From a candidate division FCPU426 bacterium (GTDB taxonomy: Bacteria; Oederibacteriota; PGYV01; Palsa-1178): a stretch of DNA of 64,000 nucleotides. Below are positions 54,767 through 64,000 of the stretch, piece after piece. The notes under the pieces are model-generated. The model had not been told where the DNA came from, made no database searches, and saw only the letters and a program-made list of their open reading frames with translations. Positions within the stretch are counted from its first letter, which is position 1. Each line of letters opens with the position of its first letter. The translations under genes were made by a program, and so were the position numbers. The DNA lies in NCBI GenBank assembly GCA_963840035.1, contig CAWIXE010000002.1:992099-1056098 (forward strand), given 5' to 3'.

Positions 54767-55989
54767 GTTTCAAAATCTCCTTTGATGACAAGTCTGGATA
54801 TTACTTTTGGGTCCGCGATTTCAAGGTCATCCGGCACTGTCTGCCCGACCGTTAAAAATGATACCGGGATACCGCCTGAACCAACTGAAAGGTTAAGGAG
54901 CATTCCGTAGTTTTTGGTCTCGTCAAGTTTGGTAAAAAGCATCCTGTGTATGGGGACCATACCAAAATTATTAATAACGCTTAAAGCGTCATAATACTTT
55001 GTCATGGCGCTGATGACTATATGTGTTTCAATAGGGGAATGCACTTCAAGGAATTCCTTGAGTTCCGCCAGATGCTGCCTGTTCCTGGGGCTCCTGCCTG
55101 CCGTGTCAAAAAATATGAGATCCTTATCCATGTGCTTGTTAATTACCTTTTTAAAATCAGAAGGCGTCAGTACAATTTCCACCGGAATCCCCATTATCTC
55201 GCCGTATTTCTTAAGCTGCAGGTCCGCCGCTATCCTGTAAGTATCCGCCGTAACCATCACGACGCTTTTGCCTTCTATGAGCGCGTACTTCGCTGCCAGT
55301 TTGGCTATGGTGGTTGTTTTTCCTACGCCCGTGGGGCCTATGAATGCCACTACTTTAGAGCTTCCCGGCGTTGTTTTAATCGGCCCGGATACCTGCACCA
55401 TGTTCGCTATATAATCAAGAAGGTATTGCTCCATGAAGACTTTATTATTTATCTGAGTATCATTTAACTGCGCGTTTATATTCTGAAGCGTGCGGTATAC
55501 AAGGCTTTCCTCAACTCCGTTCTCAATTAACATTTTCTGTATGCGTCCTATACCCTGTTTTAAACTCACGGCAGGCTGCATGGAAGACATTGTCTCGCGC
55601 TGAGGACGCATGGCTGAATTTAAAGCCACTTTGCCTTCACTTAATTCCCTGGCAAGGGCTTCATTTTTCATGGAAATATCTTCAACCCGGTTATATACGG
55701 GCTGCATGGGTTCAAGACGCGGCTGGATATGATGCTGCTGGGATGATTTTTGTTGCTGATTATTTTGCTGCGGTGAATACCGCTGGGGTTCATTCATTGA
55801 CTGGCGGGGTTTCTCGACATTGATGTCTATTCCAGCGGTTACTTCAGTCATTTCCCTTCCAAAAAGCCCGAACACCCCGCCTTTTTTATACTTTTTCGTA
55901 TGAAGTATGACAGCTTCCGGGCCGAAATCCCTCTTAACTTTGGCGAGCGCTTCCTGGAGTGTGTCTGCCTCGTATTTTTTGATCCTCAT
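54745..55989 (-). CDS. flhF: flagellar biosynthesis GTPase FlhF
   Basis: SRP-type GTPase 'VVAFIGPTGVGKTTTIAKLAA', 'DTAGR'; follows flhA. Confidence 0.85.
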   Translation of the reverse strand: MRIKKYEADTLQEALAKVKRDFGPEAVILHTKKYKKGGVFGLFGREMTEVTAGIDINVEKPRQSMNEPQRYSPQQNNQQQKSSQQHHIQPRLEPMQPVYNRVEDISMKNEALARELSEGKVALNSAMRPQRETMSSMQPAVSLKQGIGRIQKMLIENGVEESLVYRTLQNINAQLNDTQINNKVFMEQYLLDYIANMVQVSGPIKTTPGSSKVVAFIGPTGVGKTTTIAKLAAKYALIEGKSVVMVTADTYRIAADLQLKKYGEIMGIPVEIVLTPSDFKKVINKHMDKDLIFFDTAGRSPRNRQHLAELKEFLEVHSPIETHIVISAMTKYYDALSVINNFGMVPIHRMLFTKLDETKNYGMLLNLSVGSGGIPVSFLTVGQTVPDDLEIADPKVISRLVIKGDFETWIRQRG

Positions 55990-58085
55990 ATATCAACTTT
56001 CACCGTCCCTACAGCGCGGACCTCAACTTTAGGAAGGATCTCGTTGTATGAAAGAACGGCAAGATTTGGCAGTATCTTCTCCGCGATTTTCCTGAAATAA
56101 CTTCTGATAATAGGCGAGCAGAGTATGACCGGGTCATATTCAGTGCTGGCGCTTTTTCTGTATTCCTGGATTAAGCTGTTATATATCATCTGGATAACCC
56201 TTGGTTCAAGTCCGATAATACCCGGCCTGTCGGATGCCCTGACAGAATCAACTATCTTCTGCTCAAGCCCCGAATCAAGTGTTATGGCGTACATAATGCC
56301 GTTCTTGGTATGCTTGCTTGTGAACTGCCGCGCCATACCCTGCCTTACAAACTCCGTTAACAGGTCTGTTTCTTTTGTGGTTTTCGCGTAGTCAGCAAGT
56401 ATTTCAAATATGGAAACAAGGTCCCTGATGGAAACTTTTTCCCTTAATAAATTCTGCAGTACTTTCTGGACATCGCCCAGCGAAAGCGCGCCCGGGACAA
56501 GCTCGTCTACAACAGCCGGATTGTTCTTTCTGACTACTTCCACGAGTTTCTGGACATCCTGCCTTGTTAAAAGCTCGTCAGAATGTGTCTTAATGATCTC
56601 TGATAAGTGCGTGGACATAACCGAAGGCACATCCACGACAGTATAGCCTTTCATTTCAGCTTTTTTCTTTTCATCCTCTTTAATCCACTTTGCCGGCAGG
56701 TTAAATGCCGGGTCTTTGCCGGCCACGCCGTCTAAATCAGAACCGTCAGATCCTGGCTTCATGGCAAGGTAATAACCTATCTCAACCTTGCCTGAGGATA
56801 CTTCAACACCCTTAATTTTAATTGAATATGAGTTCGACGGCAGCTGCATGTTGTCCCTGATCCTGATGGGCGGCACCACAAGCCCCAGGTCAATGGCTAT
56901 CTGTTTGCGGAGCATTGTCACCCTGTCCAGAAGATCCCCGCCCTGTGATGGGTCTACAAGCGGTATGAGGGCAAAACCTATCTCAAGCTCCATGGTATCA
57001 ACCTGTATAAGCGGCATGACATTCTCAGGCTCGCGCTTGACTTCTTCCTTGTCTTTTTTAACGGCTTCTTCTTCCTCTGTTTTCTTGACAGCCAGGTTCA
57101 GCGTATACGCCAGTATCCAGGCAGCGATGGCGATTATGAAGAATAATACTTTAACCAGCGGCGACGGAAATACAACGCCCAGAAGGAAGAGCACAATTCC
57201 CACAATGCTGATGGCCCTTGGTTGCCCGAGCATTTCTTCCGCAAAATCCTGCCCGAGATTGGCTTCAGAGGCAGCCCTGGTTACTATAATACCTGTTCCG
57301 ACCGATAATAAAAGCGCGGGTATCTGTGTAACAAGGCCTTCGCCGATGGTCAGTATGGTGTATGTTATGGCTGCTTTTGAAAGTGAGAAGCCGTGGAACA
57401 TTATTCCTATGAAGAATCCCGCTACGATGTTAATGATAACAATAACTATGGCGGCTATCGCGTCTCCGCGCACAAATTTTGAGGCACCGTCCATGGCGCC
57501 GTAGAAGTCAGCTTCCTTTTCTATAGACCTGCGCCTTGCCCTTGCCTGTTCATCTGTTATAAGGCCTGCGTTTAAGTCAGCGTCTATGGACATCTGTTTG
57601 CCCGGCATGGCGTCCAAAGTAAAACGCGCCGCCACTTCGGCGACTCGCTGCGCGCCGGAAGTGATTACGACAAACTGGACAAGAATTATAATGGCGAAAA
57701 TAACGAGACCTACCACCAGGCCGCTGAAATCCGCGGACCCTACGACAAAGTTCCCGAACGTTTCTATGACCTTACCCGCCTCAGCTTTGCTTAAAATTAA
57801 CCGGGTAGCGGATATGTTAAGGGCAAGCCTGAATACGGTTGTTATAAGAAGAAGCGTCGGGAAAGTGGAAAAGTGCAGAGGTTCCTGGGTATATACGGTA
57901 ACCAGAAGTATCAATAAAGCAAGGGCAATATTCAATGTAAGCAGTACATCAAGCAGCCATGTGGGCATGGGTACAACTATCATGAGTACTACAGCTATAA
58001 TAGCCATAACTATGACAAGGTCTACCGACCTTCTCATAGCAAATGCAAGGCCGGCTTTGTTATTGTCCGCGGCTCCGTTTGCCAT
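55986..58085 (-). CDS. flhA: flagellar export apparatus protein FlhA
   Basis: 699 aa; conserved N-terminal TM region 'FRLALNISATRLIL...' and cytoplasmic domain. Confidence 0.95.
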   Translation of the reverse strand: MANGAADNNKAGLAFAMRRSVDLVIVMAIIAVVLMIVVPMPTWLLDVLLTLNIALALLILLVTVYTQEPLHFSTFPTLLLITTVFRLALNISATRLILSKAEAGKVIETFGNFVVGSADFSGLVVGLVIFAIIILVQFVVITSGAQRVAEVAARFTLDAMPGKQMSIDADLNAGLITDEQARARRRSIEKEADFYGAMDGASKFVRGDAIAAIVIVIINIVAGFFIGIMFHGFSLSKAAITYTILTIGEGLVTQIPALLLSVGTGIIVTRAASEANLGQDFAEEMLGQPRAISIVGIVLFLLGVVFPSPLVKVLFFIIAIAAWILAYTLNLAVKKTEEEEAVKKDKEEVKREPENVMPLIQVDTMELEIGFALIPLVDPSQGGDLLDRVTMLRKQIAIDLGLVVPPIRIRDNMQLPSNSYSIKIKGVEVSSGKVEIGYYLAMKPGSDGSDLDGVAGKDPAFNLPAKWIKEDEKKKAEMKGYTVVDVPSVMSTHLSEIIKTHSDELLTRQDVQKLVEVVRKNNPAVVDELVPGALSLGDVQKVLQNLLREKVSIRDLVSIFEILADYAKTTKETDLLTEFVRQGMARQFTSKHTKNGIMYAITLDSGLEQKIVDSVRASDRPGIIGLEPRVIQMIYNSLIQEYRKSASTEYDPVILCSPIIRSYFRKIAEKILPNLAVLSYNEILPKVEVRAVGTVKVDI

Positions 58086-58087
58086 AA

Positions 58088-59224
58088 CTAACTACCTCCG
58101 ATCTCCGGATTGGGTATATATTTATCAGCTAAAATACTATTATCCACTTTTTTCGTATTTTCTTCAAGTCTTATTTTTCCCTTTGCCTGATAGACAAAAG
58201 CCAGGATTTCAGCCACAGCCTGGAATAATTCGTTGGGTATTTCCCACCCTACTTCAAGCTTAACAAGCGCCCTTGCAAGCGGCGGATTAGGTACTATAAT
58301 AACCTGGTTTGCCCTGGCTATTTCCTTAACTTTTTCAGCCATCAGGTTTATGCCCTTTGCCACTACAGTCGGCGCGCCATCCACACCCTCTTTGTAGCGC
58401 AGGGCGACGGCAATGTGGGTCGGATTCGTTATTACCACGTCAGCCTGTGGGATTTCCGATATCATCCTCTTGCGGGCCAGCTCGCGCTGCACCTGCCTTA
58501 TCCTGGCTTTTATGATGGGGTCGCCCTCCATCTGCTTCATCTCGTCTTTTACTTCCTGCTTGGACATCTTAAGGTTGTCTTCAAACTCGTACTTCTGGAA
58601 AAGGTAATCCAGTATTGAAAATATGACAAAAGCCACAATAAGTTTCATCCCGAGCTTGTATACCGCCGCCGCGGAAAAAAGAAAGTATGTATTTACATCC
58701 ATGAGCGGCGTTAAAAATATGTCATCCAGGATCTTTTTAACCGCCGAATAAAATATGTATACTATAACCACAATCTTAACGACAGCTTTCACTATTTCAA
58801 AGATAATCCTCTTTGAAAGAAAGAGCCGCTGAAAACCCTTTGCCGGGTTTATTCTGTCGATACTCGGCTTCAAAGGCTCAAAAGAAACCATGAATCCTAC
58901 CTGCGCGACATTTGATATGACGCCCATTAAGAAAACCGCGGCAAGCAGGGGCAGGAGTATCATTATTAATTTGAGTATTATTTCCGTCGTAAACGGCATG
59001 ATCATATTCATGTCTATGGGGGTGCTAAGCACGCTGCTCCATATTTTTGCGGATACTTCCTTCATCTGATGAAAGATGTATTCTCCGGTTATCTTCAGTA
59101 TCAAAAAAGATACAAGCACGTTTAATACCGCGTTGATCTCCATAGATCTGGCAACCTGCCCCTTTTTTCTGGCTTCATCCTTGCGCTTTGGGGTGGCGTT
59201 CTCTGTTTTTCCGGGATCTGCCAT
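58088..59224 (-). CDS. flhB: flagellar export apparatus protein FlhB
   Basis: 'NPTH' autocleavage motif ('VVITNPTHIAVALRY'). Confidence 0.95.
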   Translation of the reverse strand: MADPGKTENATPKRKDEARKKGQVARSMEINAVLNVLVSFLILKITGEYIFHQMKEVSAKIWSSVLSTPIDMNMIMPFTTEIILKLIMILLPLLAAVFLMGVISNVAQVGFMVSFEPLKPSIDRINPAKGFQRLFLSKRIIFEIVKAVVKIVVIVYIFYSAVKKILDDIFLTPLMDVNTYFLFSAAAVYKLGMKLIVAFVIFSILDYLFQKYEFEDNLKMSKQEVKDEMKQMEGDPIIKARIRQVQRELARKRMISEIPQADVVITNPTHIAVALRYKEGVDGAPTVVAKGINLMAEKVKEIARANQVIIVPNPPLARALVKLEVGWEIPNELFQAVAEILAFVYQAKGKIRLEENTKKVDNSILADKYIPNPEIGGS

Positions 59225-59225
59225 G

Positions 59226-60014
59226 TTAAACCCTCATGCTCTGTATAAGATAGTAAATATCATTCCACATGTCCGTCATAAGCGCGCTGAAGAGGTTTAC
59301 GATAATGGGCATTGATATCATGACAGCCACAAGGCCTACAAGTATGTTCAGCGGAAGGCCTACCATAAAAACATTCATCTGGGGTATGGTCCTGGCAATG
59401 AATCCCAGTGTTACGTTTGTCAAAAGCAGCGCCAGAGTGGCAGGTCCGGCAATCTTGAAGGCTATTATGAACATGTTATAAAACAGGTCAGCCAGTTTCG
59501 TTGTGGTTTCTTCCGATACGCCTACTTTTAAAAGCGGCACAATCCTAAAACTGTCAACCATAGCCTGAAAAAGGACGTGGTGGCCGTTTATTGTCAGGAA
59601 AATAAGCACCCCGAGAATAAACTGGAACTGGCCGATGATTGATACCTGCGTATTTGACATCGGATCAATAACATTTACGATGCCAAACCCCATCTGAAGG
59701 TCAATGATCTGCCCTGAAAGCTGTATGGCTATGAAGACCATATAGGTTGAAAACCCGAGTATGACCCCAAGTATTATTTGGTTAAGCACAAGCAGTCCGT
59801 ATGACATCGTATTTGTAGGCAGAACCAAGTTATGGTCAAGAACCGGATACAGTATGAAAGCGACTAAAAAAGCGAACCCTATTTTGACTATCACGGGTAT
59901 GTTTCTGCTTCCGATTATAGGCGCTGTCATGAAGATCGAAGTAACCCTGACAAATACGAGCAGAAAAATCTGAAGCTGGTTTAATGCCATATTGAGAAGG
60001 TCTGTATACTGCAT
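59226..60014 (-). CDS. fliR: flagellar export apparatus protein FliR
   Basis: 262 aa polytopic membrane protein, position after fliQ. Confidence 0.85.
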   Translation of the reverse strand: MQYTDLLNMALNQLQIFLLVFVRVTSIFMTAPIIGSRNIPVIVKIGFAFLVAFILYPVLDHNLVLPTNTMSYGLLVLNQIILGVILGFSTYMVFIAIQLSGQIIDLQMGFGIVNVIDPMSNTQVSIIGQFQFILGVLIFLTINGHHVLFQAMVDSFRIVPLLKVGVSEETTTKLADLFYNMFIIAFKIAGPATLALLLTNVTLGFIARTIPQMNVFMVGLPLNILVGLVAVMISMPIIVNLFSALMTDMWNDIYYLIQSMRV

Positions 60015-60018
60015 GGCC

Positions 60019-60291
60019 TTACATTTTCATGTATTCGGGCAGGTTTAAGAAAAGCGTGGTGGTGAAGTTAATGAGTATCCTTAAAATCCAGGGCCCGAAA
60101 ACGATGACTGTCAGCATCACAACTATTATTTTTGGCACAAAAGTAAGTGTCATTTCCTGTATCTGAGTCACAGCCTGGAAAATGCTTATGATAACACCGA
60201 TTAAAAGGGCAAACCCTAAAAGCGGGGCGGATACTATAAGGGTAACAAGGAGCGCTTCCCTTCCTAAGTTAGTTACAAATTCAATGCTCAT
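60019..60291 (-). CDS. fliQ: flagellar export apparatus protein FliQ
   Basis: 90 aa, two TM helices, 'QAVTQIQEMTLTFVPKI'. Confidence 0.9.
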   Translation of the reverse strand: MSIEFVTNLGREALLVTLIVSAPLLGFALLIGVIISIFQAVTQIQEMTLTFVPKIIVVMLTVIVFGPWILRILINFTTTLFLNLPEYMKM

Positions 60292-60362
60292 TCTGCACCT
60301 TTTGTTTCTATGATTTATGACACAATTTGTAATTTGTCATTGGTAATTAGTAATTAAGCCCT

Positions 60363-61124
60363 CTAAAAGCTTACTATTAAAGCCCTCGCGATAAGATGCC
60401 AGCCGTCTACAAGTATGAAAAGCAGTATTTTAAACGGCAATGAAATCATTACGGGCGGCAACATCATCATACCCATGGACATTAAGACGCTTGCCACCAC
60501 CATGTCTATAATCAGGAATGGTATGTATATCATGAAACCAACTGTAAACGCGGTCTTTAATTCGCTTATGATAAATGCCGGTATGAGTACGGTAGTCGGG
60601 ACTCCGTCCTGATTTTTCGGACGGGCTGTTTTTGACAGGAATATAAAAAGCGCAAGGTCCTTTTCCCTTGTCTGTTTGAACATAAAAAGCCTTAAAGGCT
60701 TTACAGCCGCTTTCATGGAATCATCTATGGTTATTTTATTGTCAACATACGGTTTCCAGGCCTTGTCATATATTTCCTGCCCCGTAGGCATCATAATAAA
60801 AAATGTCATAAAAAGCGCGAGCCCTATAAGAATCTGGTTCGGCGGTATCTGCTGGCTTCCAAGCGCCTGCCTTAGGAATGATAGCACAATGACGATCCTT
60901 GTAAAAGAAGTCATGAGCATCAGTATGGCCGGGGCCATGGTTAAAATGGTCAAAAGAAGTATTATCTGTATGGAAGCCGCCACGTCTTTCGGGGTATTCG
61001 CGTTGGTAACGCTTATCCCTATCTTCGGTATGGTTATCTCGGCAAAAACGCTGCTGAAGGCAAACACGCACATCATCAGCACCGAAACAGCTATGATACT
61101 TTTTTTGATCCACTTGGATTTCAT
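60363..61124 (-). CDS. fliP: flagellar export apparatus protein FliP
   Basis: 'MTSFTRIVIVLSFLRQALG...IPPNQILIGLALFMTFFIMMP' FliP signature. Confidence 0.9.
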   Translation of the reverse strand: MKSKWIKKSIIAVSVLMMCVFAFSSVFAEITIPKIGISVTNANTPKDVAASIQIILLLTILTMAPAILMLMTSFTRIVIVLSFLRQALGSQQIPPNQILIGLALFMTFFIMMPTGQEIYDKAWKPYVDNKITIDDSMKAAVKPLRLFMFKQTREKDLALFIFLSKTARPKNQDGVPTTVLIPAFIISELKTAFTVGFMIYIPFLIIDMVVASVLMSMGMMMLPPVMISLPFKILLFILVDGWHLIARALIVSF

Positions 61125-61749
61125 TTGGGCCCGTCCTTTTTCCTGAATTTATCCACTATATTTTTAATGACCACGTTGCCGCCGTCCACAAGTTTCTTCC
61201 CCTGTTTAAGATAGGTGGCTTTTAACTCTTCGTCAAACTTGCTTTCAGCCTTAAGCCTGTATTTGGATATGTACTCATTTGCCTGCTCTTTAATTTTAAT
61301 GATTGTTTCAGGGTCAGTAACTTCGGTGATGGTATTTAATCCGCTGGATGACGAACCCACGAGCATTATCTTGCCGGCAAACTCCACGACATAGAGCAGG
61401 TTCTTGCTGTCGAGGTATTCTTTTGCCAGGACCGTGACGACATTCTCGCTGCGCATCGGTATGGATGCCTTGACATAAAAGTATTTAATGGCTGCCATAA
61501 TTATATATATCAGGATAATTATGATTATTAACGAACCAATGAGGCTTATTACCGTGGATAAAACGCTGTTGGAAGGGATAGCCCTCGGGTATTCTATGTC
61601 CTTATAGGCATTTGACAGATATCCGGAATCCTTCTGCGCCGTATTTACAGCAGTATTGCTTACGGACGCAGTGGATTTATCTGCCGCGGCGCATAATAGT
61701 AGCGGTGCTAAAAAAAAAGAAACGCTGCGGTTATAATATTCTTTTTCAT
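61121..61749 (-). CDS. fliO: flagellar protein FliO/FliZ, interrupted by a frameshift in a 9-nt homopolymer
   Basis: ATG at 61749 sits 3 nt after the fliY stop; reads MKKNIITAAFLFF then TAG, while the +1 frame runs stop-free into the 61121..61498 ORF through a TM helix (VISLIGSLIIIIILIYII); A9/T9 tract at 61710..61718. Confidence 0.55.
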
Positions 61750-61752
61750 TAT

Positions 61753-62706
61753 TTATATCTTCGGTATTCTGTCCGCCGGCCTGACGATATCAGTGATCCT
61801 GATACCAAAGTTTTCGTCTATGACTACGACTTCGCCTTTGGCTATGTACTTCTGGTTGACAAGGATGTCAACCGGTTCGCCAGCGAGCTTATCGAGTTCG
61901 ATAACCGATCCCGGGGAGAGTTCAAGCACGTCACGGACAAGTTTTTCTGTCCTTCCGAGCTCTACTGTTACCTGCAGCGGAACGTCCATGACGATGTCAA
62001 GGCTGCGGTCATAAACTGAACCTACCGCGCGTTCCGGCTGTAATTCAGATGTTGATATATTCTGTGCTGTTGCGGCTTTCTGCATTTTTTTCCCTCCGCC
62101 TCCCGTGATATCTCCTACAAAGCCTTCTGTCGAGGCTTCTGCTTTTTTACCTGACTTTATAGCCGATGCTACTTCGCCCGAAAATATAAGGGCAAGCTTG
62201 CCCGGATTAAATTCGCCGATGTTAAGGTCCGCGTCAACAACAAGCACTTCCCCGTCTATGCCGGGTATCGAACCTGAACCAAGGTCAATAACACTGACTT
62301 CTGAAGGATTAGACATCAATCCCTGGCCTATCTGCGACGCTACTGAACTGATAATCGCGTCATTTACCTGGTTTGCAAGCTCTGTTACCGCGCTCAAATG
62401 AAGGTCTTCGAGGGCAGCGGGAGGATTTGATCCGTCCTGGCCTATCATGAGGTCTGCCATTATAGCGGCCTGCTCCTCTGATACTATCAACGCGACATTT
62501 CCCATGCCGTCGCCAAGTTCTATGGGAACAACAAGGTTCCTGCCCGGCATCATTGAAGCGACTGATCCCGAGTCTGTTTCCTCAACCGAACTCATGGAAA
62601 CAGAAGTAGCTTTCCCGAGCAGTTCGGATAACATCTTTTCCCCGTTTGGTATGGCATTACCTAATATCTCTGCTGCGTTATTTTTTTCTTTGTCATTTAA
62701 GGCCAA
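61753..62706 (-). CDS. fliY: flagellar motor switch protein FliY (CheC-like domain + FliN domain)
   Basis: C-terminal FliN region 'DVPLQVTVELGRTEKLVRDVLELSPGSVIELDK'; N-terminal CheC-like region. Confidence 0.85.
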   Translation of the reverse strand: MALNDKEKNNAAEILGNAIPNGEKMLSELLGKATSVSMSSVEETDSGSVASMMPGRNLVVPIELGDGMGNVALIVSEEQAAIMADLMIGQDGSNPPAALEDLHLSAVTELANQVNDAIISSVASQIGQGLMSNPSEVSVIDLGSGSIPGIDGEVLVVDADLNIGEFNPGKLALIFSGEVASAIKSGKKAEASTEGFVGDITGGGGKKMQKAATAQNISTSELQPERAVGSVYDRSLDIVMDVPLQVTVELGRTEKLVRDVLELSPGSVIELDKLAGEPVDILVNQKYIAKGEVVVIDENFGIRITDIVRPADRIPKI

Positions 62707-62763
62707 TTTCGCACCTCCGAAAGTTATTTTGACTTAACCGAGAATTTCTTCTCGTAAGATGTA

Positions 62764-63786
62764 TCATGTTTTCTTTATGATAGCGGTAATCTTGACCGCC
62801 TTCTTTTTGCCTTTTGTGCCGACCTTACCGTAGAACATCGGCTTATTCTCAACAGTTACTAAAAGGTCGTCCTTAGCGCCGGTTTCAAGCTTGATGATAT
62901 CGCCGAGCTTTAAATTCACGACATCCTTCATCTTAAGCGTGGCTGAACCGAGATTAACGTACATCGGAACCCATGTATGCTTGACTTTATCGTCTAGAAT
63001 CTGCTGGGTTTCCTGGTTCATCTCTTCTTTTGAAAGCGTGAACCACTGCTTCGCGCTTAACTTATAAAGAACTGACTCAATGACCATGTACGGTATGCAC
63101 ATGGACATGGAACCTACGTGTTCCTTTATTTTAATTTCAAAGTTAAGGTTTAAGCACATTTCATTCGGGGCCACAATCTGCACAAACTGCGGATTTGTTT
63201 CCCTTGCTTTAATCTCCGGGTCAAAATCCACGATCCTGTGCCATGAATCCTTAAGGTTAAGGAACCCTTTTTCTATAATTTTGCCTACGATGGCTTGCTC
63301 TAAGTCAGTAAGTTCCCTGGGTTTCGCGATAGCTTCACCCTGGCCGCCGAGCACCCTGTCAATAATCGGAAAAATAATCGAAGGATTAATTTCAAATATC
63401 GCGAGGCCTTTTAAAGGCTCAACGCTGAATACCGCGATTGATGTAGGGTTTGGTATCTTTTCAACGTATTCCATGTATGTCAGCTGTTTTACAGATGTGA
63501 CTGTGACTTCAGCTATGGTCCTGATATACCCTGAAAGGTCCGCGCCAAAATGCCTGGCGAAACTTTCATGCATCATCTCTATGGTCCTGATCTGGTCTTT
63601 GGAGAATTTATCCGGCCTGCGGAAATCATACATCTTCATTTTGCCTTTTTTCCGCGTTACTGCTGCCGGCCCGGCAGAAACAGTTTCCTGCTCGTCATCT
63701 CCGCTTTCGGCTTGCTGTTTTGGCCCGTCTTTCATACCTGCTAAGAGGGCGTCAAGTTCACCGTCAGACAGAATATCGTCAGCCAT
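62764..63786 (-). CDS. fliM: flagellar motor switch protein FliM
   Basis: N-terminal CheY-P binding motif 'ILSDGELDALLAG'; 340 aa. Confidence 0.9.
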   Translation of the reverse strand: MADDILSDGELDALLAGMKDGPKQQAESGDDEQETVSAGPAAVTRKKGKMKMYDFRRPDKFSKDQIRTIEMMHESFARHFGADLSGYIRTIAEVTVTSVKQLTYMEYVEKIPNPTSIAVFSVEPLKGLAIFEINPSIIFPIIDRVLGGQGEAIAKPRELTDLEQAIVGKIIEKGFLNLKDSWHRIVDFDPEIKARETNPQFVQIVAPNEMCLNLNFEIKIKEHVGSMSMCIPYMVIESVLYKLSAKQWFTLSKEEMNQETQQILDDKVKHTWVPMYVNLGSATLKMKDVVNLKLGDIIKLETGAKDDLLVTVENKPMFYGKVGTKGKKKAVKITAIIKKT

Positions 63787-63815
63787 TAATCACACCCCGT
63801 AATTTATTATTTTGT

Positions 63816-64000
63816 TTACTGTATCGCGAACGATGTAAAATAAACCTTGGCCAGCTGGCCCCTGTTTAATATCGCGTTTATTTTGTCCTTTAATTCCTGC
63901 TTTAAGGCTTCCCTGTTTTCCGGGTCCTGAAGCTGTATGGATGTCTTTGACCCGAGGGTTGATATTACTATGTCCTTTATCTGCGGCATCCTCTTATCAA
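63816..64000 (-). CDS. fliL: flagellar basal body protein FliL, C-terminal part (gene runs off window end)
   Basis: Hand translation of minus strand: '...IQLQDPENREALKQELKDKINAILNRGQLAKVYFTSFAIQ*', typical FliL C-terminus; stop at 63816..63818, 27 nt upstream of fliM. Confidence 0.6.
   Translation of the reverse strand, partial: DKRMPQIKDIVISTLGSKTSIQLQDPENREALKQELKDKINAILNRGQLAKVYFTSFAIQ

Noticed and set aside
57586-58263. Plus-strand 225-aa ORF across the flhA/flhB junction, and similar long plus ORFs at 56788..57504 and 63080..63802
   Set aside because: Antisense to well-supported flagellar genes, low-complexity composition, no RBS or homology signal.

Overview
64 kb of bacterial chromosome, gene-dense, with nearly all genes on the minus strand except a short plus-strand block (pheT, a ZapB-like gene, zapA) at 42.3-45.5 kb and one small gene at 29.0 kb. 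All calls come from reading the supplied ORF translations and the DNA by eye; no database search was run. Left to right: (1) 0-10 kb, a cluster of secreted/outer-membrane-type proteins (TPR protein, PilZ, NHL-repeat protein with a T9SS-type C-terminal domain, coiled-coil protein, beta-barrel) after sppA; (2) an RDD-family gene flanked by two copies of a 64-bp double-hairpin repeat, then uvrA and an ABC-2 transporter; (3) 16.4-26.7 kb, a biosynthetic super-operon nadX-panD-panC-panB-dNK-folK-dapL-FAH-dapB-dapA-dapF-lysA; (4) SPFH protein, methyltransferase, VIT-vWA protein, ECF sigma/anti-sigma pair, desaturase, a frameshifted surface protein, oxidoreductase, prfB with its canonical programmed +1 frameshift; (5) 46.7-64 kb, a flagellar export and regulation locus (partial fliL, fliM, fliY, fliO, fliP, fliQ, fliR, flhB, flhA, flhF, flhG, PilZ, fliA, FapA, plus uncharacterised genes, a FliK-like gene and an FlhB-C-terminal paralog). 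No rRNA, tRNA, CRISPR array, transposase or integrase was found, and nothing with the hallmarks of a defence system. The most unusual signals are: a 9-nt homopolymer frameshift at the 5' end of fliO; a second homopolymer frameshift splitting a surface-protein gene; two families of palindromic intergenic repeats (a ~155-bp MITE-like element in two copies, and GTAGAGA...TCTCTAC hairpins); many simple-sequence inverted repeats at operon junctions; a sigma-28-type promoter whose -10 14-mer recurs upstream of the frameshifted surface-protein gene; a GC-rich structured intergenic element; and a long-range 27-bp inverted repeat in the lysA leader. The gene content suggests an uncultivated flagellated diderm, but the lineage cannot be assigned from sequence alone.
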